Shown: in pieces, positions 25,014 to 33,700 of the stretch | How positions within the stretch are numbered: position 1 is the stretch's first letter | How the letters are laid out: every line of letters begins with the position of its first letter | IMG/VR virus record: IMGVR_UViG_3300032295_000959 | Location: 1-34,212 of that record | DNA from: a virus | Lineage: Duplodnaviria; Caudoviricetes | Strand: one strand, 5' to 3' | Length of the DNA: 34,212 nucleotides | Notes under the pieces: generated by a model | What the model saw: only the letters and a program-made list of their open reading frames with translations | Database searches by the model: none | What the model was told of the DNA's origin: nothing | Translations under genes and position numbers: made by a program

Positions 25014-27109
25014 GCGGTCAGATTTCCTAGCTCTTTGATTGCCTTCAGGACAATATCAGCCTGTTTCTGCCGAGTACTCTCATCAGCCAAGTCCATCGCT
25101 AGGATGGCTTGCAATTGCTTAACCGCTAACTCAGCCTCTTTAATCTTCATATCGGCTTCTTGCTGGCGTGTTTTCATCGCCATCTCAAGACCCTTGCGAG
25201 TGTACTCAGCCTCTAACGACTGACGCTCTAGCTGCAACTTAGCAGCCTCAATCTCGCTCTTAGCTTGGGTCTTTTCTCGCTCTACCTCAGCAAATATCTT
25301 AGTAGCCTCTGCTTGCTGATCTGGTGCTGGAGGCTGTGGCTGAGATAACTGAGCATTTAACTCAGGAGGAATCTCATTAACGAAAGCGTTAGCATCCTTG
25401 AAACCTGCCGATTCAATCAGTCGTGCCAACGTATCTCGATACTGAGCCACAGATACCAGAGGATTTGATGGGCCAAACTGAGTCAGAATCTGCTCTTGCT
25501 TGGCTAGAATCATCTGCAACATGGCTAGCTTCTGCTCACGATCACCTGAACCCAAACCCACGTTAATCGCTACGTCGTACTGGTTAGTCCATGTTCTCGG
25601 ATCAAACGTTACGAACTTGCCACGCATACGGACAATCTTTGCCGTATCCTGATACTTGCCTAGCAAGTGCAGAATCCCCCTAAATAGCGACTTAACGCCT
25701 GTCTCAGCAAAGATTCGCGCAATCAACTCCAACTTGCCAGAGTTCGACTTCATCATTGCGGCAATAGCAGTAGCCGAAACATTATTCAGCACATCAGGGT
25801 CAAGACCTTGTTGCTGGTCGCTAACGCCTGTACGTTTAGCCTGTACGCTATCCATGTACTCAAGCATCGGGAAAGCCTGAGCCGTTACAGAAGGAACCTC
25901 AATCGGCATAATGGCGTTAGGAGCCTTCATGCGGACAACACCACCCGGAGTAGCGTTTAGAACATCATCCAAGTTCACCTGACCATCAACCACGCCAATA
26001 CGAGCATTGTTCGTCAGATACAGGTTATCCAGCATTTGACGAGTCACGGTGGACTTGATTAGCTGGATGTCCATTGTCCGGTCTGCCAACGACTGACCAA
26101 AGAACTTATGCGGAATTGGTATAGGACAGAGACTGTGGAACGGAACTAAGTCACATTCCTCGTCATCTAGGATTTCGTTGCCAGAATAGGTAATCTTCCG
26201 CAGTTCAGCGATTCCGTCACCGTTAACGTCAATGCGGATATAGCACTCGTATACCTCGACCACCTGCATCGTGTAATCAAGGCTAATGTTCTCATCAGGC
26301 TGCTCACCCTGACTGAATCGGGCAATACGCTCTGTCGTGTACTGGAGATCATCGTAAGACGGCAAGCCATCGATAATGTCCTTGTCAAAGCCCATAGCCG
26401 CTAGTTCGCTACGAGTCATCAGCTTACGATGCGCTACGAACGGGCTATCTTCAATCGTTCTAGCAGACTTGCTAATCAGGAATTCTTCAGGTGGTACGTT
26501 CTCAATCTTGACGCAGCCGTATTTCTTGACCTTCTTGACCTTGACCGAATACAAAGGAATCTGAATCGGCATCCCCATAGGATCAATGCCACCATCGATC
26601 AACTCGACGTTCTGGCTAGTCACCTCAATGGCAGGATCAGATAGCAGCATGGCTAACTCATCCTCGGTCAGATTCTTATAGCTTTCCTTGTTGACATCTT
26701 CTTTAGCATCCCAATAGGCTTTGACTACGCCAACCTTTGCCATCAGCGCATCTTTGAACCAGTTATGCAGGATGATTAGCCCATCGTTTTCACGATAAAA
26801 GACCCAATTGCAGTAGTCTGTGGCTTGTTTAGCTGACTGCTCGTCATCAGGAGTCTGAGGCTCGAAACTGACAATATCCTCGGTGGTGGTGAATACCCGA
26901 ATAAGTTGAGGCAAAGCACCATCAATAGCCTCTGCTACCTCGCCAGTTACGATCTGGCTTCTGCCTTCTACCTCGTTGCCATACGGATAACGAAGATAGT
27001 ATTCAAGAGCCTTAGCCCTCTGGTCGGTCGTTTCGGTGTCGATGTATCCAATCGAGTTATCAATCTCGTTATCTAGGATACTTTTGATTTCACCTTGATC
27101 CATCTTCAT
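25010..27109 (-). CDS. Portal protein (P22/SU10-like)
   Basis: R.KALEYY...E.EGRSQIV, WFKDAL..KVGVVK, IENVPPEEFL, long C-terminal helical barrel. Confidence 0.93.
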   Translation of the reverse strand: MKMDQGEIKSILDNEIDNSIGYIDTETTDQRAKALEYYLRYPYGNEVEGRSQIVTGEVAEAIDGALPQLIRVFTTTEDIVSFEPQTPDDEQSAKQATDYCNWVFYRENDGLIILHNWFKDALMAKVGVVKAYWDAKEDVNKESYKNLTEDELAMLLSDPAIEVTSQNVELIDGGIDPMGMPIQIPLYSVKVKKVKKYGCVKIENVPPEEFLISKSARTIEDSPFVAHRKLMTRSELAAMGFDKDIIDGLPSYDDLQYTTERIARFSQGEQPDENISLDYTMQVVEVYECYIRIDVNGDGIAELRKITYSGNEILDDEECDLVPFHSLCPIPIPHKFFGQSLADRTMDIQLIKSTVTRQMLDNLYLTNNARIGVVDGQVNLDDVLNATPGGVVRMKAPNAIMPIEVPSVTAQAFPMLEYMDSVQAKRTGVSDQQQGLDPDVLNNVSATAIAAMMKSNSGKLELIARIFAETGVKSLFRGILHLLGKYQDTAKIVRMRGKFVTFDPRTWTNQYDVAINVGLGSGDREQKLAMLQMILAKQEQILTQFGPSNPLVSVAQYRDTLARLIESAGFKDANAFVNEIPPELNAQLSQPQPPAPDQQAEATKIFAEVEREKTQAKSEIEAAKLQLERQSLEAEYTRKGLEMAMKTRQQEADMKIKEAELAVKQLQAILAMDLADESTRQKQADIVLKAIKELGNLTA

Positions 27110-27133
27110 AGCAAACCCCTAAGATTTTGCTAA

Positions 27134-28390
27134 TTATACAATCCATTTCGTCGAAATTGGCAATGCTGACTGCCATGAGGAATCAGTCTCGTCAAGACCT
27201 ATCGCTAGGTAACGGAAAGCATCCGAGTAGTGGCTAGACCAGTCATGCAAAGGCTTCTCATAGAATATCTGCCTACGCTCGTCATGCTCTCGACGATAGT
27301 TCCGTAGCGCATCTAGTCCGTTCTTGACCTTTGGGTTGAACCAGCATCTCGGCAACATACGTCGCACAGCCTGAATCCCGTCGGCAACGCTAAGTCTCGG
27401 AGCAACCCTGATGTTAAGTCCAGCTTCCTCCAGCACTTCCTTACGACTCTTGCCTGTTCCGAGTTCTCTAACCTGTACGTCATGGGGCAGGATTTGCTCA
27501 TATTTCTCATAGCCGTTATCCCTCAGCCAGCCCACATACCAGTCCAGACCTACGCCATGATTCTCGATGCAGTCAATAAGTCGGACTTCTTTCCCTGCCA
27601 GTTGAGCAACCCATATCGCAGTCGAATCACCCATACCCAAATCCCAAGCAGCGTAGCTACGGCACAGACTATCGTTAGGAAAGTCGCTAATACGACCATT
27701 GCTCTCAAGATCGTTAATGAGCTTGCCATAGTAAGACCCCTCAACCGCTGCGTTAAAGGAACACTCGAACTCTTGGTTATATCTGTCCTCACCCATCTCT
27801 CGATAGGCAGCTTTGAGTTCTGAGTCGGGTAGAACTCCTGTCTGACTAGCCTTGAACTCTAGATATTTCCATCCCGGCTCAGCCTTGGCTCTGTCGGCTA
27901 AAGTGGCGAAATGGTTAGCACCGCGAGGAGTGCCAATGAAGCAAGCCCACCCAAGACGGTCGGCAAGAGCAGGTCGGACAATTTCGTTCCAAACACGTGG
28001 ATTCTGATCGCCAACCTCGTCGATAACCACGCCGTCATAGTACTGACCACGAAGGCTATCAGGATTGTCAGACCCGTAAAGACTAATCCTACGCCCATAA
28101 AAATCAGCCCGTAGCTCAGATACATTGTAGGTAGCTCCCAACGGTCTAGTGTATTTTTGTAAATAATCCCACGCCACCCTCTTAGCCTGTCCATACGTCG
28201 GACAGAGGTACGCGAACCTTGGGTCTGGCTTGTCGCACTCGATAGCGGCTTTGATGAGATGGTTAATCGCTGAGACTGTTTTACCAAGTCTCCTATGCGC
28301 TACCACCACAGTAAAACGATGCTGCTCAATGGCATCATGTATCTCTAGCTGCTGCGCTCTAGGCTCGTAGTCAATGACGATCTCAGCCAC
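27134..28390 (-). CDS. terL: Terminase large subunit
   Basis: AHRRLGKT Walker A, VVIDE Walker B, GTP coupling motif, WDLG and SDAFRY nuclease motifs. Confidence 0.96.
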   Translation of the reverse strand: MAEIVIDYEPRAQQLEIHDAIEQHRFTVVVAHRRLGKTVSAINHLIKAAIECDKPDPRFAYLCPTYGQAKRVAWDYLQKYTRPLGATYNVSELRADFYGRRISLYGSDNPDSLRGQYYDGVVIDEVGDQNPRVWNEIVRPALADRLGWACFIGTPRGANHFATLADRAKAEPGWKYLEFKASQTGVLPDSELKAAYREMGEDRYNQEFECSFNAAVEGSYYGKLINDLESNGRISDFPNDSLCRSYAAWDLGMGDSTAIWVAQLAGKEVRLIDCIENHGVGLDWYVGWLRDNGYEKYEQILPHDVQVRELGTGKSRKEVLEEAGLNIRVAPRLSVADGIQAVRRMLPRCWFNPKVKNGLDALRNYRREHDERRQIFYEKPLHDWSSHYSDAFRYLAIGLDETDSSWQSALPISTKWIV

Positions 28391-28466
28391 GATACCCGCA
28401 GTTCAGACACTTGCTATTGACCAGAAATGCGCTGCACATAGGACAGTTAGTCGGCTTGTAACTCAT
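28383..28466 (-). CDS. 27-aa zinc-ribbon mini-protein, not in ORF track
   Basis: MSYKPTNCPMCSAFLVNSKCLNCGYRG; overlaps the terS stop (ATGA) and the terL start. Confidence 0.65.
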   Translation of the reverse strand: MSYKPTNCPMCSAFLVNSKCLNCGYRG

Positions 28467-28804
28467 TTCTTTCCACCCCACTTGATAACCATCTCTTGAG
28501 CTTCCCCATCCTTACCCGTTACTTCTGTCCTAGCTAGCTTAGGTATATGGTACTCAGACAGCTTGTTCATTAGGTCTAGTGCCTTGTACGGGTCTTCTGC
28601 TGCGACCTCGTTTAGCCACTTGTCCATGTTAGGCGCATTACGCTCTAGTAGATTAGCAATAGCCTCTCTAACAATCGCTGTGGACTTATTAGGCACTCCT
28701 TTAGGTCTGCCCTTGCCCATGTTCGTTAGGTTTGCTACTCGTGCATCTTCCTCTACTTTACTGGTGTAATCTGTTTCCACTTTGGCATTACCTTTCGGTG
28801 TCAT
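28463..28804 (-). CDS. terS: Terminase small subunit
   Basis: GRPKGVPNK, EYHIPKLARTEVTGKDG; upstream of terL; true start may be the internal GTG. Confidence 0.78.
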   Translation of the reverse strand: MTPKGNAKVETDYTSKVEEDARVANLTNMGKGRPKGVPNKSTAIVREAIANLLERNAPNMDKWLNEVAAEDPYKALDLMNKLSEYHIPKLARTEVTGKDGEAQEMVIKWGGKK

Positions 28805-29511
28805 GCACCATAGATTTGTTGATACATATCCGGTCTGTGAGCCTTAATCCACTCTCTCGGTTCCTCATGGCATTTCTGGTAGTCCATCCCTACTGTCTGG
28901 CTTCCTGCATGATGAACATACGCCCTACTTACAAAATGCCTAAATCCCGCTTTTTGCAGGTCATGGCAAATTATATTATCTGAATACCAATTAGTGCTAG
29001 GAAACTTTGCCGTATCCCAAGCCTCTCTCGTTATCGTGGCAAATATTGGTGCTATTACCTGAGTTTCCTTAATCTTTGCCTCACTAGCCCAGTAAACACC
29101 TTCCTGCCTATCATCATGCACAGGGAATCTAATGTTCTGGTCTGGCAACACATAGTCGCTTCTTGCACCTAAGAAACCTATCTTCTGCCCGTTTTCCTCA
29201 AGAATCTGCTTATCCTCACCCAATAACTCAATAGTTTGCGGATTCAGAACAACATCATCGTTAGCCACGATCAATGAATCGACTGCGATCCTTCCAAAAA
29301 CGTCGCTGATGGCCTCATTATATGAGTCTCCAAAATTTCTACCAGTATTGGGTCTGACGATAACATTGGGAAGGATTCGTTTGAATCTCTCTCCTCTGGC
29401 AACGTCAACACTATAAATGTAAACCGGGATGGTAGGTGCATATACCTTGATGCTCTCCAGCAATACCGAGATACCCGGATTGCTTACGTGACAAATGACT
29501 ATGGCTTGCAT
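28801..29511 (-). CDS. GT-A fold glycosyltransferase
   Basis: NFGDSYN, VANDDVVL, WYSD..C, AYVHHAGSQT. Confidence 0.8.
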   Translation of the reverse strand: MQAIVICHVSNPGISVLLESIKVYAPTIPVYIYSVDVARGERFKRILPNVIVRPNTGRNFGDSYNEAISDVFGRIAVDSLIVANDDVVLNPQTIELLGEDKQILEENGQKIGFLGARSDYVLPDQNIRFPVHDDRQEGVYWASEAKIKETQVIAPIFATITREAWDTAKFPSTNWYSDNIICHDLQKAGFRHFVSRAYVHHAGSQTVGMDYQKCHEEPREWIKAHRPDMYQQIYGA

Positions 29512-30026
29512 AAAACGACTCTCATGCTATCTACAGCCCTCGGAGTCCTAATTACTTCATCGTCTGGTTGCCTAGTTATTAACTTCTGACCTAGTTCTGA
29601 CAGGTCAAACGCCAATTCCTTGAGCTTAAATCCTTTTTCCCAACCTAGATACCAAGCCCAATCTGTGTAGTACAACCAGCTATTCTCGTTAAACGCTCGT
29701 ACATGAGTCGGGTCTTGCCATGCCCCTAAACTCAGGTCATAAGGTACGCTAATATGAAACTCACCACCAGACTTCAGTAAGTCATAGCAGTTTTTCATCG
29801 CAGAAACTAAGTCAGGGATATGCTCTAAAACATCGTTGGCTATGATCTTCTCGAACATCTCAGGCTGTATCGTCATCGATCCCCATCGGGTATCAATCGT
29901 AGCTCCGAAATGCACCTTAGAAATATCTCCCCACCAATCCGGGTTAGTCCTCTGCTGAATATCGGCATTGACGCAATCCTCTCGCCAATCCTTACCAGAG
30001 CCTAAATTAAGCGTTACAGGCTGCAA
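29499..30026 (-). CDS. Class I SAM-dependent methyltransferase
   Basis: LNLGSG motif I, DVLEHI, LKSGG.F.ISVP, DPTH. Confidence 0.88.
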   Translation of the reverse strand: MQPVTLNLGSGKDWREDCVNADIQQRTNPDWWGDISKVHFGATIDTRWGSMTIQPEMFEKIIANDVLEHIPDLVSAMKNCYDLLKSGGEFHISVPYDLSLGAWQDPTHVRAFNENSWLYYTDWAWYLGWEKGFKLKELAFDLSELGQKLITRQPDDEVIRTPRAVDSMRVVLCKP

Positions 30027-30516
30027 TTAGCTCCTCCACCTTGTCTGAACACAGTAACGGAATTAAATCGCGTATACGCTCGTCTGCTAGCTCCCACCAA
30101 GGTTTCTTACGGAGCCTTTCTATCTGGCTCAACGTAAACCGGAGCTTGATAACCTTAGCCGGATTACCACCGACTATTGCATAGGGAGGAACGTCTTTCG
30201 TTACGACGGATTTCGCAGCAACAACAGCACCATCGCCTATCGTTACCCCTGACATAATCGTGCAGCCCGATCCTAGCCAAACATCATTCCCAATAACAAC
30301 ATCGCCTTTAGTAGCTGGATGCCCTTCCCCATGATGCGGGAATTCTTCTTCATGGATATGCCCGAAAGGGTAAGTCGTTATCCAGTCTACCCTGTGGTTT
30401 CCACCGATAAATATCTCGACGTTATCGCCAATCGAGCAAAATGACCCGATTAAAACGTCTGCACCCTCTCCCCAATCTCGGACTCGGATGTTCTCCAGAC
30501 CATAGGTGTACCGCAT
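30007..30516 (-). CDS. Hexapeptide-repeat O-acetyltransferase (CatB/Vat-like fold)
   Basis: IGSFCSIG, ITTYPF, IGNDVWLG, IGDGAVVAAKSVVTKDVPPY.IVGGNPAK, WW. Confidence 0.92.
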   Translation of the reverse strand: MRYTYGLENIRVRDWGEGADVLIGSFCSIGDNVEIFIGGNHRVDWITTYPFGHIHEEEFPHHGEGHPATKGDVVIGNDVWLGSGCTIMSGVTIGDGAVVAAKSVVTKDVPPYAIVGGNPAKVIKLRFTLSQIERLRKKPWWELADERIRDLIPLLCSDKVEELIAACNA

Positions 30517-30818
30517 TACTTATTCTTGTTTCTCGCGGATATTGCTTTAGCCTTTGCCTTAGCATCAGCCTTAGAACTGGCTCCCCATGCCTTTAGGCTC
30601 AGGAGTAACCGAGTAGGCTCACCGTTTTTATATTCTGCTCCCGGCATATTGCCCATACGGGCTAGGAAACTGGCTCGACGAGGATTATCACCCGACTTCA
30701 CAGGAGCCTTTAGGTCAGAACCGGGATTAGCAGCTTCGTAAGACTTGCGACCTTTTTCATTAAGACCGCCCTTCTTGTTCTTACCCTCAGAACGCTGCCA
30801 AGCCTCAGTCTTTGCCAT
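30516..30818 (-). CDS. Basic phage protein, DUF6321-like (start revised to MAKTEAWQ)
   Basis: WQRSEGKNKKGGLNEKGR..PGSDLKAPV..RRASFLARM. Confidence 0.75.
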   Translation of the reverse strand: MAKTEAWQRSEGKNKKGGLNEKGRKSYEAANPGSDLKAPVKSGDNPRRASFLARMGNMPGAEYKNGEPTRLLLSLKAWGASSKADAKAKAKAISARNKNK

Positions 30819-30954
30819 TTTTACCCTTCTTTTTGCCCATAGGGATTTTGATTTCAATCTCTATCTCATTAACACCGTTCTTTTTCTTTTCTTTTTCTTC
30901 GTCTAGGTATTCTTTTAGCAACTCTTTGTCAGATTTCTTTCCGTTCTTCATCAT
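30805..30954 (-). CDS. Small Lys/Glu-rich protein (49 aa), not in ORF track
   Basis: MMKNGKKSDKELLKEYLDEEKEKKKNGVNEIEIEIKIPMGKKKGKNGKD; ATGA overlap. Confidence 0.7.
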   Translation of the reverse strand: MMKNGKKSDKELLKEYLDEEKEKKKNGVNEIEIEIKIPMGKKKGKNGKD

Positions 30955-31103
30955 TTTTTCTTCCCCTTCGCAGTCTTAGCAGCCTCTTTGAAAGCCTTAG
31001 CAGTCGGCGCACCTTCTGATCCCGGCTTACGCATCTTTTCCTTGCTGCCAGCTTCTATACGCTTACGCTTGGCATGAATGTTGGCATAGAGTCCGGGCTT
31101 CAT
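30951..31103 (-). CDS. Small basic protein (50 aa), not in ORF track
   Basis: MKPGLYANIHAKRKRIEAGSKEKMRKPGSEGAPTAKAFKEAAKTAKGKKK; ATGA overlaps. Confidence 0.85.
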   Translation of the reverse strand: MKPGLYANIHAKRKRIEAGSKEKMRKPGSEGAPTAKAFKEAAKTAKGKKK

Positions 31104-31264
31104 TTCTTTTTAGCCTTCTTAGCCATACCCGCCTCACTTAACATAATTGCAACGGCTTGTTTCTTGTTAGTAACTACCTTACCGCCTTTGCCGCTATGTA
31201 ATGTGCCTTCTTTAAACTCGTTATAGACCTTGCTCATCTTCTTTTCAGCTTTAGTCTTTTTCAT
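31100..31264 (-). CDS. Small basic protein, DUF6496-like (54 aa), not in ORF track
   Basis: KVYNEFKEGTLHSGKGGKVVTNKKQAVAIMLSEAG. Confidence 0.85.
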   Translation of the reverse strand: MKKTKAEKKMSKVYNEFKEGTLHSGKGGKVVTNKKQAVAIMLSEAGMAKKAKKK

Positions 31265-31541
31265 TTAGCAACCCCATCAGTTCATCCTGAAGCTCTGCCT
31301 CAGTCACACCATATCGACGTTCAAAAGCCTTACGACCTAACCCATGATAGCCAGTATTTCCTCGATGATGCTCAGGACATAAAGGCAAAACATTGTCGTG
31401 AGAGTTCCGAACTCCCATTCCTAGCCCCATACCTCGTACATGGTGAATCTCTGCTGGAGTGCCGGAATAACCATTTTTATAACAGATTATGCACCCAAAG
31501 TCAGCCACTTTAGCTAGGTATTTTCTGTCGCTTTTTCTCAT
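31251..31541 (-). CDS. Ref-family (RecA-dependent HNH-like) nuclease; start revised to MRKSDRK
   Basis: GCIIC...AEIHH.R...LPLCPEHHRG..GYH.LG.KAFE. Confidence 0.82.
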   Translation of the reverse strand: MRKSDRKYLAKVADFGCIICYKNGYSGTPAEIHHVRGMGLGMGVRNSHDNVLPLCPEHHRGNTGYHGLGRKAFERRYGVTEAELQDELMGLLNEKD

Positions 31542-31719
31542 CGATTCGCTTGGCTCTCTCAGGATCGTAGTCAGCCATATTATCCACCTCATCGCAGCTA
31601 GGGCAGTAATACATACTCTCGCCACTTACCGCACAATGACCGCCGGGAATCTCTACCCAATCATCAACGTAGCCACAAGCACAGCATTGCGCCAAATCTG
31701 AATCATCTATCTCGTTCAT
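31510..31719 (-). CDS. Acidic zinc-ribbon protein
   Basis: CCACG...CPSC; GGAG RBS before ATG 31719. Confidence 0.72.
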   Translation of the reverse strand: MNEIDDSDLAQCCACGYVDDWVEIPGGHCAVSGESMYYCPSCDEVDNMADYDPERAKRIDEKKRQKIPS

Positions 31720-31720
31720 A

Positions 31721-32536
31721 TCAATCTCCACAAAAACAATCAATTGAGTCATCTAGCATATCGATTTGTTGTCCTACATATTTGTGCATCTCGGAATAAC
31801 TAGGACGATCTTTCCGAAATCTAGCTCCTGATCCAAATGTTTTATCGCTAGTCTGAACTAAAGTTTCCATCCTAGCCCACCAGATAGCCCTCTCTGGCTT
31901 TTCTTGGATTAGGCTTAACGTCTGCTGATAGCCCTTCAAAAAGCATAAATCGCAATTGCCATGCATCGTCTTACCATTGTTATTTGGCAACATTAGGTCA
32001 AATGGTTGCCAAGCCCAAAACTCACCTACATCTTTCGCTGTGATTCCAGCAGCTACTAACGGAGTACGCTCCCTAGCAATCTTTGCAGCCCTTCTAGGCT
32101 CGTCTGCTCGAATCCCAACCCAATCCATGTTTTCGTTATGCTTCCAACCCTTAGCCTTCAGAAACTTATGAATTGACCTGATTTTTAGCTCAATGGTGCA
32201 AAACCGAGTTACAGGATTAGGTAGATATTTCTTCTTAACAATCAACTGCTCAAAAGGCTCACCGTTTCTGCTGGCTGTCTCAAACGTCACCTCAGCAAAC
32301 TTAGGATCGTCAGCCCGATATTCCACCCAATGAATCGGCACATTCCAATTTACTGAGCAGTCTCTAACAAATTCTAAGGTAGCTTCTTCCTCTTTTCCGG
32401 TATTAGCGAAGCAGACAATAGCCTCATCAGGTAGCCCATTGTTAGCCTGTAGAACCCGCCAGAGCAGGTAAGCACTTGTCCTGCCACCAGAGAAACTGAT
32501 AACTGTAGGCTCATCTATTAGAAATGGGTTTCTCAT
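31721..32536 (-). CDS. PAPS-reductase-like (PP-loop) protein
   Basis: ISFSGGRTS PP-loop, FANTGKE, RFCT.ELK, GIRADE, NCDLCFLK, C-terminal CFC. Confidence 0.88.
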   Translation of the reverse strand: MRNPFLIDEPTVISFSGGRTSAYLLWRVLQANNGLPDEAIVCFANTGKEEEATLEFVRDCSVNWNVPIHWVEYRADDPKFAEVTFETASRNGEPFEQLIVKKKYLPNPVTRFCTIELKIRSIHKFLKAKGWKHNENMDWVGIRADEPRRAAKIARERTPLVAAGITAKDVGEFWAWQPFDLMLPNNNGKTMHGNCDLCFLKGYQQTLSLIQEKPERAIWWARMETLVQTSDKTFGSGARFRKDRPSYSEMHKYVGQQIDMLDDSIDCFCGD

Positions 32537-32862
32537 TGAGTATTCCGGTCTAAACCACGATTAGAAGCCTCCTGCGACCGCCAGACATCTATGCGAGCCT
32601 GTGCTGCTACCAGCATCCATCTCAGCCTCTCAGCCTCCTCTACAGCCGCTTTAAGACCTTCTAATACCGCTAAGTAGTCTGGATGGCTATAAGCCTGATT
32701 CTCCCGATCCGCTACGGTATTGCCGATAGCAGAACTGAATAACATAGCTTTCTTGCTTTTACGAAACTCCTCCAGATAAGTCACCTCAGCCTTAGCTTGA
32801 GCATAGGCTTTGGCGTTCTTAATCATGTAGTTGATTGCTTCGTGAGGATCGATTGAGTTCAT
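32533..32862 (-). CDS. Helical hypothetical protein (UvsY-like pattern)
   Basis: AKAEVTYLEEFRKSKKA...RENQAY.HPDY...WRSQEASNR. Confidence 0.7.
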   Translation of the reverse strand: MNSIDPHEAINYMIKNAKAYAQAKAEVTYLEEFRKSKKAMLFSSAIGNTVADRENQAYSHPDYLAVLEGLKAAVEEAERLRWMLVAAQARIDVWRSQEASNRGLDRNTQ

Positions 32863-32864
32863 AT

Positions 32865-33332
32865 TTATCTCTTATCAAATTTTCTTAGCTTGTTTTGTTG
32901 GATTCCATATCCAACGCCATACCCTAAATCTATTCTGTTTTTGTCATCGAATAGGCTTTCTCCATATTCCCATCCAACAACATCAGCCCCTCCATCATCA
33001 ACAATAGCCAATATGTACACATCACAAGGACTATCTTTTTTCTTTAACGTCGCAAGCAATCTGCCGTTTTTATGCCTTGTTGACTTTACATCTATCGTGT
33101 TCCCTTTAGAAACCAAATCATGACCGCCGTTTCTTGGGCTAACTGACAAATCAACGCAAACATTTAGCATTTTCGCTACACAGTATTCAGCAACTACACC
33201 ATCAATATCTATTGACCAAACGCAATCATTTCCTACTTGCTGGTCTTTTACATTCTTCATCGCTACAGAACGCCTCATAACGCCTAACGTCCTGCAAATA
33301 AATAGTTCCTCATCCGTAAGATTAACTCTCAT
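32865..33332 (-). CDS. Putative PD-(D/E)xK endonuclease-fold protein
   Basis: GVVAEYCV...GHDL....TIDVKST spacing of catalytic-type residues. Confidence 0.6.
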   Translation of the reverse strand: MRVNLTDEELFICRTLGVMRRSVAMKNVKDQQVGNDCVWSIDIDGVVAEYCVAKMLNVCVDLSVSPRNGGHDLVSKGNTIDVKSTRHKNGRLLATLKKKDSPCDVYILAIVDDGGADVVGWEYGESLFDDKNRIDLGYGVGYGIQQNKLRKFDKR

Positions 33333-33338
33333 ATTAAG

Positions 33339-33597
33339 TTTTATTTAGGCAATAGTCAGGCCAAGAAGGTGATATTCACATTCTCCAGCCATCCTAGTTA
33401 GGACTGCTGCTCCCATAAGGGCTACATTCGATTTCCAGAGCGACCGTATCGTGGCCTAACCGATCATCACCTATTTGCCCTGTTCCTGAGATACCTGTAG
33501 CAAGTTCTCGCGCTGGCCTGAAAGCGCATCCGGTTTTCTTGATAGCAACCCCGAACATGGGTTCATTACTAACGCGATCAGTACGACCTAAATAAAA
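33339..33597 (-). ncRNA. Candidate large structured RNA (~260 nt)
   Basis: 11-bp perfect terminal inverted repeat enclosing several hairpins and long-range pairings. Confidence 0.62.
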
Positions 33598-33700
33598 AAG
33601 CCCTCTAGGTTTGGCTCTCCGTGTGCGGTCACGTTCCCCATTAAAGAGGTGAGAACCAAAGCTAAAGGGCTTTGATATTTGTCTATGACCGCACATAGAT
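33594..33700 (-). promoter_or_regulatory. Attenuator-like leader: small hairpin plus long terminator hairpin with 10-nt loop complementarity
   Basis: ~23-bp imperfect stem (33597-33619/33651-33673) ending in U6; UGUGCGGUCA/UGACCGCACA; TATACT -10 at ~33708-33713. Confidence 0.68.

Noticed and set aside
30007-30516. Chloramphenicol/streptogramin resistance gene (catB/vat)
   Set aside because: The fold is shared by many sugar O-acetyltransferases, and the neighbouring methyltransferase and glycosyltransferase favour glycan tailoring
33394-33696. 100-aa ORF in the track
   Set aside because: No RBS or recognisable motif, and it runs through a terminator and dense RNA structure; probably spurious, though a leader-peptide role is not excluded
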